Assembly (NCBI GenBank): GCA_000165425.1
Contig: CT867988.1
Coordinates: forward strand, 1-64,000
DNA: 64,000 nucleotides
Source of the DNA: Paramecium tetraurelia
Lineage: Eukaryota
Direction: 5' to 3'
The notes beneath the pieces are model-generated. The model did not search any database and was not told where the DNA came from. It saw only the letters and a program-made list of their open reading frames with translations. The stretch's first letter is position 1, and each line of letters begins with the position of its first letter. Shown in pieces: positions 14,034 to 26,302 of the stretch. A program made the position numbers and the translations under genes.

Positions 14034-16066
14034 ATGTTTTCTGAGTCAGAACACTCAAAGTCAGTTAAAACTTGTTAATTCAAAGAATTTATAGAACTGT
14101 TGTCAACTGATAGAAAGCCAATCCTGCCAATCTTAAATAAAAGAAAATCTCAGTAAACTCTTGGAAGCATTATACACCATAATAACGAAAGTTCACAACT
14201 AAAAGATATCCAATTAGCCTAGAATATACGACATGTATAAAATAATAATATTATTGAATATGCCTCAAGCTTGTCGTAGTTAAGGTTTGATAGCTATTTA
14301 AACTTAACAATATGACTCAGACATCAATAGTGTCAAATTTAAATAATTTGCAGATAGTCCTTCATATAAAACCTCAAATCATATAGTTTCTTACGAAAAA
14401 AGCAGTTTTAGTTAGCATTTTCGAATAACATCTTAAAGATCAAGTCCACAGTAAAAAAAAGTGAACTTAATAAGAAATCATCAGTTGTTTGTTGATTTAG
14501 TTAAGGGGACGGAGAAAATAAAAAATGATGTAATTTGTCCTCATAGTCCTTAACTCTAGAAGTCGCAACAATAGATCATTTCAGGATATCTGAAAGATTT
14601 GGCAAGGTAAATGTACTATGTAAATAAAATAGAAAAAGGAGAGTCGTTCAAAAACCATAAGGGATTGATGCAAGATTGGATTTTGAGACTGAATTAATTT
14701 ATTCAGCATTGACATAAGATTGCGATTTGGCAAAGAAGTTTTAGAATAAAACAGGAAACCATGTCAAACAAATCTTTAGGAACATATTGGCAACTGGATA
14801 TGATCAATAAATCTATTTAGATTTAAATAGGATAAGGAGTATTCATTTGTGTTTGAACTTAAAGAATTTTCATTTCTTTAGATTTAAATATCATTTCATG
14901 AATAGATTTATGTAAATGGGGATACCAGTCGAATAGTTATTCAAATGTTGTGAGAGAATTGAAAATGTTAGGCCTTATATTTTGAATGAGAAAATGGAGT
15001 ATGACGTATATGGTGGTTAAGATGGTATAGAGTTATGCGCAAATTAAATGTATGCTAAAATCTTTGCTGATATAACGTTGGAATATTACTTTGTGGGAAT
15101 AGATCGAGCAACTCAAGCATCAAAATTTGCGAAATTGTTTTTCCAATTGATTTATCATATGGACTCTCCAAATTATACTAATGAAGTTTTAAGAGAGAGA
15201 CATGTCAAATACGAATTAACAAATGTGTAACTTACTAATTTCAAATTTTATCTCTGTTTAACTCTTTAACAATTAAAAGTTCCCTTTAAATATGCCAGTG
15301 CTTTGCTAAGAAGAATGGATATCTACAAATATGCTATCATAAATAAAAATAGTCTCTAGGATTACGTATGCAATTACGGATACAATTAATTCATAGATTA
15401 ATTTGTAAGAAGTTGTTTGGAAGAGCCTGTGTTATTTGATTTAATCTAAAGAAGGGGGAAGGCTAAATTTACATGTCATTGTGAAAACATATTCCATTAC
15501 TTTTTTCGATACAACGTAAAGGCAATTACTTTAGATGATCTCGAGGAAATTCACTATCACAAAACTATAATTACTGAGAAGATCTTTATGAAGTTGAAGG
15601 AAAAGGCCATGGCTGAAGTAGCGAAACTTACTAACGATCGTATAGTTTTGGAAGACTTTGACGAGGATTGGGATGAAATAAAACCTCTGATTTTGAGTGA
15701 TCCTAGGATGTCCTTTCTCAAAACCAAGGATAGAGATCTCTTGATCAATGAATTGGCATATAATTTGGAGAATGAGTTCTACTCGAGATAACTCAATGTG
15801 ATATATGAGGTATTGTTGCATTAATAGTTTAGACAGAGGAGATCAACATGATGAGGAATATCAAGAGTAAGTTGAACCTGTTGGTGTATACTATCAAATT
15901 TTTTAAGAGGACTGACTTGGAAGTAATTCATAGAAGATTCAGGATCAGTGAAAGTTAGTATTTCGATTTTTAATAAAGCTTTAAATCACTTTTAGATAGG
16001 ATTCCAGAACTTCATTATATACATGGATTATTGGAAGAATATAAAAAATATATTGTTTCGGATTGA
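14034..16066 (+). CDS. Multi-domain truncated haemoglobin-like protein, four tandem globin units; paralogue B
   Basis: Colinear with 11874-13973: YDVYGGQDGIELCANQMYAKIFADITLEYYFVGIDRATQASKF..YTNEVLRERHVKYELT; other units RSIH, EEIH, EVIH; same C-terminus (LEEYKKYIVSD). Confidence 0.72.
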
Positions 16067-16143
16067 TATCTTAATTTATTATTTTTACGATTATATTTTT
16101 TATAGTGTTTAAATTTCATAATTTAAATCATAATAAAATATTA

Positions 16144-16808
16144 ATGAGTGACTAATTTCATTAACTGAGTGATAAATGGACCATCTCTGAGAAGTATACC
16201 TAAAATAAAGATGACGATTACAAAAAGACAATAGCTGAAATATGCTCGATCAGAAGTGTTGAGGAATTTGCATTTATCATGAAATAAACAATCTATTAGA
16301 GTTTAACAGATTTATTCAGCGAGCCATAATAATAAAAATAGTATCAATTCTTGATTCTATGATAGATTCAAAAATTTTAAGAACAATGCTATAGAGACTC
16401 AAATTGAAGCGATCTAATTTTTCAAAAATGGTATTAGCCCTTTGTGGGAAGATCCTGAAAACGAAAAAGGAGGTGACATACAATTTGAGGTTCCTATTGC
16501 CTTAATTGGCATTTACAATCAACTCTACACTGAAATAATACATGAGATTATAGGGTAACAAAAGGAGGAGCTAAGGCATGTAAGATTTGGAATTAATCAA
16601 GGTTAATGGAGTGAGAGTTCTAGATAAAATAAATGCCCCCAAGGGTAATGGAATCAGAATAGAATTGTGGTTGGATATTGATCCTACGGATAAAAACGAG
16701 GAGGTATAAATCCAGATTAAAAAAATTGATGATTGGATTCTTCAATTAGCAGAATTATTTGATATTAGATAACTTAAATTAAAAACTTAATCACACAAGA
16801 AAAAATGA
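16144..16808 (+). CDS. eIF4E-family protein (divergent)
   Basis: HQLSDKWTI..SVEEF..FFKNGISPLWEDPENEKGG..VNGVRV..GIRIELWL..SH; 2 micro-introns. Confidence 0.85.
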
Positions 16809-16881
16809 TATGGGTTATTTTTGCAGGTTAAAATAAATAAACTTATCAAATATTTTTATAATATACTTGTTATTTAGACAA

Positions 16882-17786
16882 TCAATTTATAAAACGACTA
16901 ATTTCAAGAGCCAAATTTACGACATCTTCAATTGGTGGCATATGACCAACACCTGGTCTTATGATGAGTGTGCATTTTTCTTCTCCAATCTCTTTAGCAT
17001 TACCTTCTGCGAAAACCTTAGGTATCACTATATCCAATTCTCCATGATAAATCAACACAGGTCCCTTGATCTGAGAAGCCTTGTTTGCACCTCCAGAACT
17101 TGAAATAGTAATAAAAATTACGAAATGTCGAACTGGTTTAAGGCCCAACAAACATTAGTATATTAGGTTTGTAAAAATGTTTCATCCAATAATTATTTAT
17201 ATTCTTGTTCTTCTGGATATTTGCCACTGTTGAATAATACCTTATCAAAGAACATCTTCATGAATTCTCTGTCCTTATCAGACAATTTTTGTTGTTGTAA
17301 TGCTACTTTGGGATGTTCTTTTACTTACTATTTTGTTTGACATCTGACCTGTCCCTCTTCATCTTCTCTCATTAATGCATAACCACATACACTTCCTGAT
17401 GCTATCAATATGAGTTTTTAATATTTGTTAGGATAATCCACTGCCAATTGCATACCTACAATTCCACCTAAAGACCATCCTGCCAAAAAAACATGCTCTT
17501 GATAGTACTCATCATTCTTATCTGATAATAAGGATTTCAATAAAATATCCACATCGTTAGATAAGTCAGTAATTTGATCTACATTTTAATTACTTTGGGA
17601 TCTTCCAAATCCTCTTAAATCCATACTTATACAACGGATCTTGGAATTGACCTATTGAATTTATTGTATCAATCTTTTCCAATATTTACAAGTTATTAGA
17701 TTTCCATGAATCAAAACTAAAATGTGATCGTAAGCATTGTCGTTGCTGTGAGTATCTTCGTAATATAATTCATTTTTGATATCCAT
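16882..17786 (-). CDS. Alpha/beta-fold hydrolase
   Basis: LVLIHGN, DLRGFGRS, nucleophile elbow GWSLGG, VLIYHGELDIVIP, GVGHMPPIE. Confidence 0.88.
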
Positions 17787-17958
17787 GCTTCTAAAATTTA
17801 TAAAAATATTTATTTAATGAAAATAATATCAGTTATTGGATATAGTTTCTAAAATAATAAACACGTCAATGGCATATAAATTAAGTGAATTATTCATGTT
17901 AAGTTATTTATAAAATATAAAAATATCGATTTGAATACATATTATTATTTTAATTAAA

Positions 17959-19469
17959 ATGATACTCATTGCAATGAGATACTAAAGACCATAGTTTCAT
18001 GCAAGTCAAGTAGTAAAGAATGCTATTCAAAGAAGAAAAGGTATAACAATATCATCTAAACTGAAATTAGACAGAAAGAATGTTATGCAAGAGCATTTGG
18101 AACGACTAGCCGATAAATTAGAATACAAAGCATTCCCATATCATATCACTCATTATGACCCTGCCCATGAAGATTACATTCCTGCTTAGAGACAAGATTA
18201 CAAGTAGAGATTAACAGTCGACACTCACAACATGCTCGTTGATGGAGTGAAGAGAGATGTGACAATGCAAAGATAAGTAGATCAAGCAATCAAGAACTTG
18301 GATAGACCTTATTTAAAGGGTAAATCCGGAGTAACAAAGAACATCACTGGAGGATTGAGAGATTATTTTCCAATTGAAATGCCTTATGCATAGGCAGGCA
18401 ACTTACAAAATGAAGAGTTGGAATATGAGAATGTTTTCAGAAATGAAAAACGATGGATAGCATAAACCATTGCTCCCAGAGAAAGAACAGAGAGTGAAAA
18501 GAGACACGAAAAAGAATTGGAATCAAGGCCAGTTACCAGGAATTACCATCCAGATAAAGGTTCTAAATATGATGTGGAAACACCATATCATTTGAGATTC
18601 CCATATTTAGCAGATAGATTGGGACATCCTGAATTTTTAGCAAATCCATTCTAAAGATTATTTAGATTAGAAAGCGATATGTATCATCCAAGTTACAATG
18701 ATCAACCATTTGTCCAACATCCATCAGCTGATCCTGATCCCACTTTGAACTTCGAAGAAGGAGAAGTGGTTTATGAAAACACAAGATTAAGAGAATGGTT
18801 GAAATTCGTATGGTGGACTGGAACCTTCAGTTTTGCCTGGATTTGCTGGGTGTTGCCATACAATATTGTCTATAAGACCAACTTAATGTTTGATCATTAA
18901 ATCGATGCTTCATTCTATCCTTATCATTTATAATCCATCTACAACATGGATTACATGAGAATCAACGTCTTGGCAGCCACTGCAGCTTCTGCCTATCTTT
19001 GGTATTTCCATCACATGTCCATGAATGATATTGGAAGGAATTATGTCACTAAAGTACAGTACAGCAAAGACAAAGAATTAGTCTTTGTTACTAGAATGGG
19101 CTCATTCGGAGTTGTTAGAGAAGATGTCTTCGAAACTCATCATTTAGAAGTCTTACCCTATTATACCAAATCAGGTGTTTAGAATATGAGACAAAATGTA
19201 AATGATCTATTTTATCTCTTTTAGGATTTAGGCATGTATGAAATCTCTTGCTTGAATAAACAAGAACTTATGTATCTATACAAAGAGGACGCTTTCTGGA
19301 ATCCTAATCTGAAAACCCAATTCCTTAGCAATCATTCCCAATTGATTTCCAAATAATACTTCGGATTAAAAAGGTACAAGTCTCACTCTAACTTAGAAAT
19401 GAGGAACAAGAATACCAAAAAACTCAAACTGTAGGAGAATTGCCATTAAAAGATCTACCAGCTCCATGA
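17959..19469 (+). CDS. Mitochondrial inner-membrane protein, probable orthologue of ciliate-specific complex IV subunit COXTT1
   Basis: Basic N-terminal presequence; DRPYLKGKSGVTKNI, ADRLGHPEFLANPFQRLFRLE, LNFEEGEVVYENTRLREW, 2 TM, VQYSKDKELVFVTR. Resembles the Tetrahymena COXTT1 sequence from memory, not a search. Confidence 0.65.
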
Positions 19470-19566
19470 AGTATATCTATGTTATCAACAGCATTAAAAC
19501 AAAATTTTATTATTCCAATAACTAAAATATTAAATTGTAATATTGATATCATCAATCAATAATTCT

Positions 19567-21667
19567 TCAACCTGAAAAATAGCATTGCTTTAATTCCTCA
19601 TATTAGGCAATGAAATCTTATGCAGTGCCATTCTTGAGAAAAGATTCAATTTGCACTATTGAATTTATTTAATCAGTTTTCAGAAACTTGCAAATTGTCT
19701 TGAAATGATGGGGAATACTTAGTGTATCACAAACTCTTTTGATCAAAATGCACATCATAATTAGCAATTTGATATAAGTATTCTATTTATCCTCTGAAGA
19801 CTCAAAAAGCGACAAAATATTTGTTAAGATATATCTGTATTAACGCTTGATAAACTCAAAATCGTTCAGTTCAGAATTCTAAAATTGATATTAATATAAT
19901 CTTACATCATTCAAATATTATTCAATAAATTTGTATAAGTCCTTTAACAATCCCTCATTCTTGTATTAATCTAGAACTTTCTTTAACTAAACATAATCCT
20001 TCTATAATAATAGACGTTAGTTCACATCAATATCAAATTTTATCTTACTGCTCATCTTTTTATACTCTACTGAATTGATAAATTTTTGCCACTCCTCTAC
20101 TGGTATATAGTATAGATTCTAGCATTTTTCTAAGGAAACTTGATATTCTCTCTTTAATATCAATTCAGCCTTTTTCATTCCGTAAATAGCAATCGAAATT
20201 AAGTAATTATTTTTGCATTATAAATGCGATTGCAATTCTTCTATCAATTTCTCCATCAGAGAAAAACGATACAGATAAAAATATATTTGATTCCAAATCA
20301 AAAGATCTTGAGTAAGATCAGAATTCAGATATGGTAATACTCTTAAGAATTATTCGTTTTCAAGGATAGTCTTCTTTATTTTAATTTCTTCAGTATCCTG
20401 TTTTATTGTTGTGGTCTTCTATGTTCCACTCACTTTGCTAATAATCTATTATTAATTAAGGGATGTGAATTTGTTATAGTCTTCATAATCAGGGGGATTG
20501 AAAGAACCCATACTTTAAGATTAATCTATGGTGCTCTTATCCGATAGCAAATTGTATGATACTTTAATTTGCTAGTCTTTTATCATATTCTATTAATACT
20601 AAGATAATATATTACTGCGAAATCTTAGGTATCTTAAATTTCAAAGATTTCCGGTTCCTCAAATTTTATGATATCATCATATTCTCTTTTTTCAATAATA
20701 TTTTTTGTTAGATTCTTAAATGTATTCTATTTGTAAAACTATTCTTAAAGCGAGTAAAGTTAATTATTTTTAAATTTAGCAAATAGTTGCACATACTCTA
20801 TTCTTTTATTTACATCAATAGATAACATAGATATAACTAAATTCTTCAAGCCATCTGAATATTTTGTTGATGCAATTGCTAAATTGATATCAGTTGAAGC
20901 CTCATTTAAATTTTTCATATTAAATTATGGCAAATCCTTGCCAACCATCAAGTAAAATAGAACTCTTCCTAACAAAAATATATCTATTTTCTCATTATAG
21001 GCCTGATTGTAAATCATTTCTGGAACTTAGAATTCTAAATCAGGGTAAAACCCATATTCCATCAGAACTGAATGCTGATTCTCAATAAACAATATATTGT
21101 TAACATTAAAACATCTACCCAAAATTCCTTTTTAATGAAGAGCAAATAAGGCCATTAGAATGTCCTAGCAGATTTTTAAAATCACCTATTCCTGCAATTA
21201 TTTAAGTTCTGATAAAAGAGTGTATTAATTATATGTCTCAAAGGTATAAAAACCTTACCTTACTTTTTTATTTAATTTTCGTATATATTTAATTTCATTT
21301 TACTACTGCATATCAATTGCAATAAATTCGTCTAAGTGATATTTATTTTAGTATTCCTATTTTAGAATGTAACCAAAATAGCTCTTATCTTGAATTTTGA
21401 CTAAATAAATTAGAAAAGCTGTAGATTAGATGCTTGTTAAATGCTCTGTTTTCATTAATTCTTTGTCAAAATTCATGAAAGTATTCAATTGTAATAAATA
21501 AAATTAAATATTCATGAATCCATTGAATTTCCTTGCTCTTAAATGATTAATATTGAATTTAATAAAAAATACAATTAATCTATCTGTATTTAGAAAACAA
21601 CAGTCTAAAAATAACCTTTAAAAGAAAAACCCACCTCAACCTAACCTTCAAATATGAAAGCTAACAT
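19567..21667 (-). CDS. Protein kinase-like protein (predicted pseudokinase)
   Basis: LFALHQKGILGRCFNVNNILF..LMEYGF..FQVPEMIYNQAYNEKIDIFLLGRVLFYLMVGK: kinase C-lobe with degenerate HRD/DFG. Start uncertain. Confidence 0.65.
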
Positions 21668-22078
21668 ACATATTATTTAGATTAACACTTAATTCTATTT
21701 ATCGATCGTAAATCAATCCTTTATTCGATGCAAAATTCAATCTGTTCCTAAAGCTAATAAGGGGATATGAATTCTTTTGCATCTTTATAATGAATAAGTA
21801 GATATAATTAATCTAAGTTCACTTTTTGTGTTTTCGAAAAAATTCTATTAATTAATCTTAATTCAGTTAAACAAAATAAGTCATTTCTGAATTTGATTAA
21901 TTCTTAAAGAGTAGATTTCAAAAATCTTAATTGAATATGTAAATATATCTAATTAATTTTGAGATAGATTTTTTATTTTTGCTTGATTATAATTAGAAAA
22001 AAACCAAAATTAAAAACATAAACAAATCATTTATTGAACAATCTCTCAGATCTATTTTTTTTTAATTATCTTGGTTAT

Positions 22079-22702
22079 TCATTTTATCTTTTTATTTCTT
22101 CAAATAAATCCTCATCTTTGCCATTTTCACAATAATTGCAATTACAATCAACTGTACAAGTCTTCTATCTAATAAAACATTCGCAATATCTCTTTAGACA
22201 TCTAGTCTTTTTACAATTACATCCCCAAACTTCTTTTGTTTCAAATAATTTCTCTTACGTAACTTTTTTATTTCTATGAGCTTTTTTCTTTATGTATTCA
22301 ACTGCCTCATGTCTTTAATTTAAGTACTCGTCAACATTTTTGCAATCCTCACACTTACATAATTCTACACATGTTTATCCATTGTGAAAGCAAGAACAAT
22401 ACATTTTCAAACAATTGGTTTTAGTACAACTGCATGGTTGCCATTTATTACTCTCTAATTTCGGACTTTCTTCTTTGACTACAATTAAATCTACTTATCT
22501 ATTAATAACTTGATGAAGTTATTCATTGTTCTCTATTGTGGAATTCCTATTCTCATCAAATATATTGTTACAATTTTCTTAACTTCACCATTTTAGGAGA
22601 CTACTTATTTTCTAAATCAATTTCGCTAAACTCAGAACATTTACTCCACAATAATAATAACTTTGGAGGTTTATTCTCTTCTGAGAGTTCGTGATTACTC
22701 AT
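22079..22702 (-). CDS. Tesmin/TSO1-like CXC (CRC) domain protein
   Basis: Two CXC motifs: PCSCTKTNCLKMYCSCFHNGQTCVELCKCEDCKN and GCNCKKTRCLKRYCECFIRQKTCTVDCNCNYCENGK. Confidence 0.9.
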
Positions 22703-22962
22703 ACGTAAGAATTTGAAATTATATTTTTATAAATTAATTTATTAATTATTGAAATAAATATAAAAAATAAATTTTAAGCTTGATCAGTCAATGAACAATA
22801 TAAGTAAAGCTATAAACAAATCTTAAATACTAATTTTTTATTCATTGAGTAGGAATTAACAAATAAATGCTTTTTTATTATAATTAGTTGTGGTTGATTT
22901 TTGATAATTATTGATCAATTTATTATTGAAAATGTGTAAAATTTAAATATACGTTTTATAAA

Positions 22963-23295
22963 TCATTTGTTGTAAACTCCATATAGATCTATGACAGTTG
23001 TTTTAGTAATTTTAAAAGTCTTAATGAAATAATCAAAGGTAAGAAACTACATTTACAAAATTTATTACTCCAAATTCCTTTGTTCTTTCAAACATTATAT
23101 GCTTTGCCTATCCCCATTTCTCCTAAACCTAAGGTTCTTAAAATTTCTTATTGAATTCATCATACTTCTGTTTCACATTATCTGTGATATCTATTACTCT
23201 AATTACTAATTACATTGAGTAGTTTCACTATATGGCTTATGATCTATTGAAGGTGAGATTCTTTAATTGGCTTCTTATGTGCTGTTGTTGCTCAT
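22963..23295 (-). CDS. Small hypothetical protein (~95 aa), tandem copy 1
   Basis: MSNNSTQEANQRISPSIDHKPYSETTQ/YITDNVKQKYDEFNKKFQEPQVQEKWGQAKHIMFERTKEFG/FLTFDYFIKTFKITKTTVIDLYGVYNK; both micro-introns at the same positions as in copy 2. Confidence 0.7.
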
Positions 23296-24277
23296 CTCTG
23301 TAATTTATATAATCTAAAATTAATATTGTTTATAATTGAAGAAAAAGAGCTTTGAATTAAGAAATCTTAGTATTCTGATTAACTCTGTTAATCTTTCATA
23401 AAAACTAAATTACATTTTCGTTTTTATTGAACCCTAAATCGTTTTTACTACGAAATTGCCCTCAAATGTTAAATATTCTCGATTAAATTGTTCTAAATGA
23501 ATCATAATAAGTTAAGAGATACTTAATATTAATTTTTGATCTTATGGACTAAAAAGGGGTCTTTAAATGCTCTTTTGAATAATATTTATACAGAAAACTA
23601 AGCCTTATTAAACGCATTGATAACCAATTTGAGTTTAATACCAACTAATTTTAGAATAAGAATTATCATTATCATTAAAAATCTTATGAAATATTGATCA
23701 AGCCACTTGAATTATTGAATCCAAAGAATTCATTATTTGTTTCATAATTATATTTATATATCATTTTTTTTAAATCTTAACAATATTTAAATGATTTTCT
23801 ATTTTTTTAATTACTGTTTAGATCTAAAATCATTTAATATTTATTCTTCTCATTTTAGACTTTAAATTTAAATTGTTGAATTTCAAGAGATCCTTAATTA
23901 ATTAGAGAAAATAATTTAGGATGAAAATTCTTCAGTTGAGTAGTAATATTGAAAATTAAATTAAATTGATGCAGAGACAGTTACCATACAGTTTCCTCAA
24001 ATGAGGTTATAGTCTCAATACATAAATTTCAAGGAAATTAATAAAAACTGTTAAAATAATTATGATATTCTGTCAGTTTGTTTCTCTTATATCATTTTTG
24101 AATTGAAATTTGCATATATAGTTATTTTTCAATTTAAAGAAATTATTCAATCCTAATTAGAAATAAAAAATTAAATCTGAGTGATAATTATATTTTATAT
24201 AATTAATTGTGGTTCTCATTTTTATAATTTTTTGTATAATTGTAAATTTAAATAATGTTGAACTGAAAATAACAAAT

Positions 24278-24615
24278 TCATTTATGATAAAGTTGATGTA
24301 GATCTGTAAATGTAGTTTTAGTGATTTCAAAAGTCTTAACAAAATAATCTAGCGTAATATACTAAATGAATATTTGTATTTATTACTCCAAATTCTTTTG
24401 TTCTAGTAAAAAGTACATTGGTTACTTATCCCAATTTCTCCTAAACTTAAGGTTCTTGAATTTTCTTATTGATTTCACTATATTTTTGCTTAATATTATC
24501 AGTGATATCTATAATTCTAATTAGTTATATTACATTGAGTGTTTTCGCTATAAGGTTTATGATCGATGGGAGGTAAGATATTTTAATCAACTTATGAGGA
24601 ATTATTTTGGCTCAT
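24278..24615 (-). CDS. Small hypothetical protein (~95 aa), tandem copy 2
   Basis: MSQNNSSQVDQNILPPIDHKPYSENTQ/YITDNIKQKYSEINKKIQEPQVQEKLGQVTNVLFTRTKEFG/YITLDYFVKTFEITKTTFTDLHQLYHK. Confidence 0.7.
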
Positions 24616-24849
24616 CAAATTCAGATATTTTATAAATTTATTAAAATCTAAGTGTTTAAAGAGTAGAATTTAAAATTAAGGATCTTATTCATACTGATTA
24701 TCTCTGATATGGAATCCATAAATGAAACACAATGAGGGTGTACAATTGAGACTATAGATTGGTAATAGGATATAATAATATTATATTATAATAATTTAGG
24801 AGTTGATATATTTGAATTCAAACATAAAATTCAAAATTTAGTTTTATTA

Positions 24850-26229
24850 ATGAATAGGTTGTCTGTCTCTGATTTCGAAATAATTAAAAAGTTAGGCTAA
24901 GGTTCCTTTTCATCTGTGTACAAGGTGAAAAGAAAATCTGATGGTTAAGAATACGCAATGAAAAAAGTTTAAATGTCTGGATTGGCAACAAAGGAACTGA
25001 ATAATGCTCTCAATGAAGTCAGGATTTTAGCTAGTTTGGAAAACCCATATATAATTGGGTATAGAGAAGCTTTTATAAGGGGAGACAATTTGTTTGTAGT
25101 TCTGGAATATGCAGGAGGAGGAGATTTATAACAAAAATTAGAGTATATAAGAAAAAAAGGATAAGGGTTTTATGTAGATGAGGAGTTGATATGGGCGTAT
25201 TCATTCGAGATGCTTTCAGGGTTAAACGAATTACATAGTAAGGGAATTTATCATCGAGACATTAAGTGTGCAAATATATTTTTGACTCAAGATCACAAAC
25301 ACATCAAGTTAGGTGATCTTAATGTAGCAAAGGTTGTTAAAGCAAATTAATTCGCAAATACATATGCTGGGACTCCTTATTATACTAGTCCAGAGGTTTG
25401 GATGGATTAACCATATGATCAAAAATGTGATATCTGGTCTTTAGGATGTGTGATTTATGAGATGGCATAATTGTAACCACCTTTTCTTGCAAATGACTTA
25501 TTCTAATTGCAGAAGAAGATCTCTAAAGGATCATATGAACCAGTGAATCCAAGGTATAGCAAGGAATTGAGTGAATTTATTGCAAAGTGTTTATAAATAG
25601 CATCCAAAAACAGAGCTTCTTGTGAGGAGTTGTTAAACTTAGTTTAGATAAGAAACAGATAGAACTCAGTCTCAATATCTTATAGCAATCAAAAATTACT
25701 AGGAACTATTTGTTTGACAAAAAATTACAAAGAAATACGATTACCTAGACCAAGATATTAAACAGAAATAAATGATTCGAGTGTGGTGATAAGTAAAATT
25801 TAGACATCGAGGGGATATAGGGCAATTTCAAATAACAGATTAGATGATTCAAACAGTCCAGCCAGTAGAAAGTTTAAAATAAAAAATAAATTATCAAATC
25901 ATTAGAACTCTTTGGAAAGGAATAATTCTTAAAATGAATAGTAATCAAAAGAGAATGTTAGATATATTAATAATCTCTATCAATTATAACCGAATAATCA
26001 TTAGCATTATCCGAGTGCTCAAGAGTACAAATAGAACACTGGATCAAGATAGATTACGCCAACACTAAGAAAATAATTGTCTTCTCCTTTAAATTAAAAA
26101 TCTCCTCTAAATCATAAATCTCCTCTAAATTCAGAAAACCAATAGGATAAATAATTGCCAAAATTAAAAACAAAATAACTGATATTTTAAACAAAAGATC
26201 ACTTAAGAAATATAAGAAAATTAATATGA
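24850..26229 (+). CDS. NIMA-related (NEK) Ser/Thr kinase
   Basis: LGQGSFSSVYKVKRKSDGQEYAMKKV..NALNEVRILASL..HRDIKCANIFL..KLGDLNVAK..GTPYYTSPEVW; no introns seen. Confidence 0.92.
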
Positions 26230-26302
26230 TAGTTTTAATTCTATATAAAATGTTATGCCAAAATATAAGCAGGGTTATTTTTTTTCATTAATATAAATAT
26301 CC

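Noticed and set aside
2839..16066. P450 reductase as a dedicated reductase partner clustered with the multi-globin genes
   Set aside because: Separated by four unrelated genes; ciliate gene order is not operon-like, so proximity is not evidence.
26085..26135. Repeated aaatctcctctaaat units
   Set aside because: Short coding repeat (KSPLN) in the NEK tail, not a CRISPR-like or mobile repeat.
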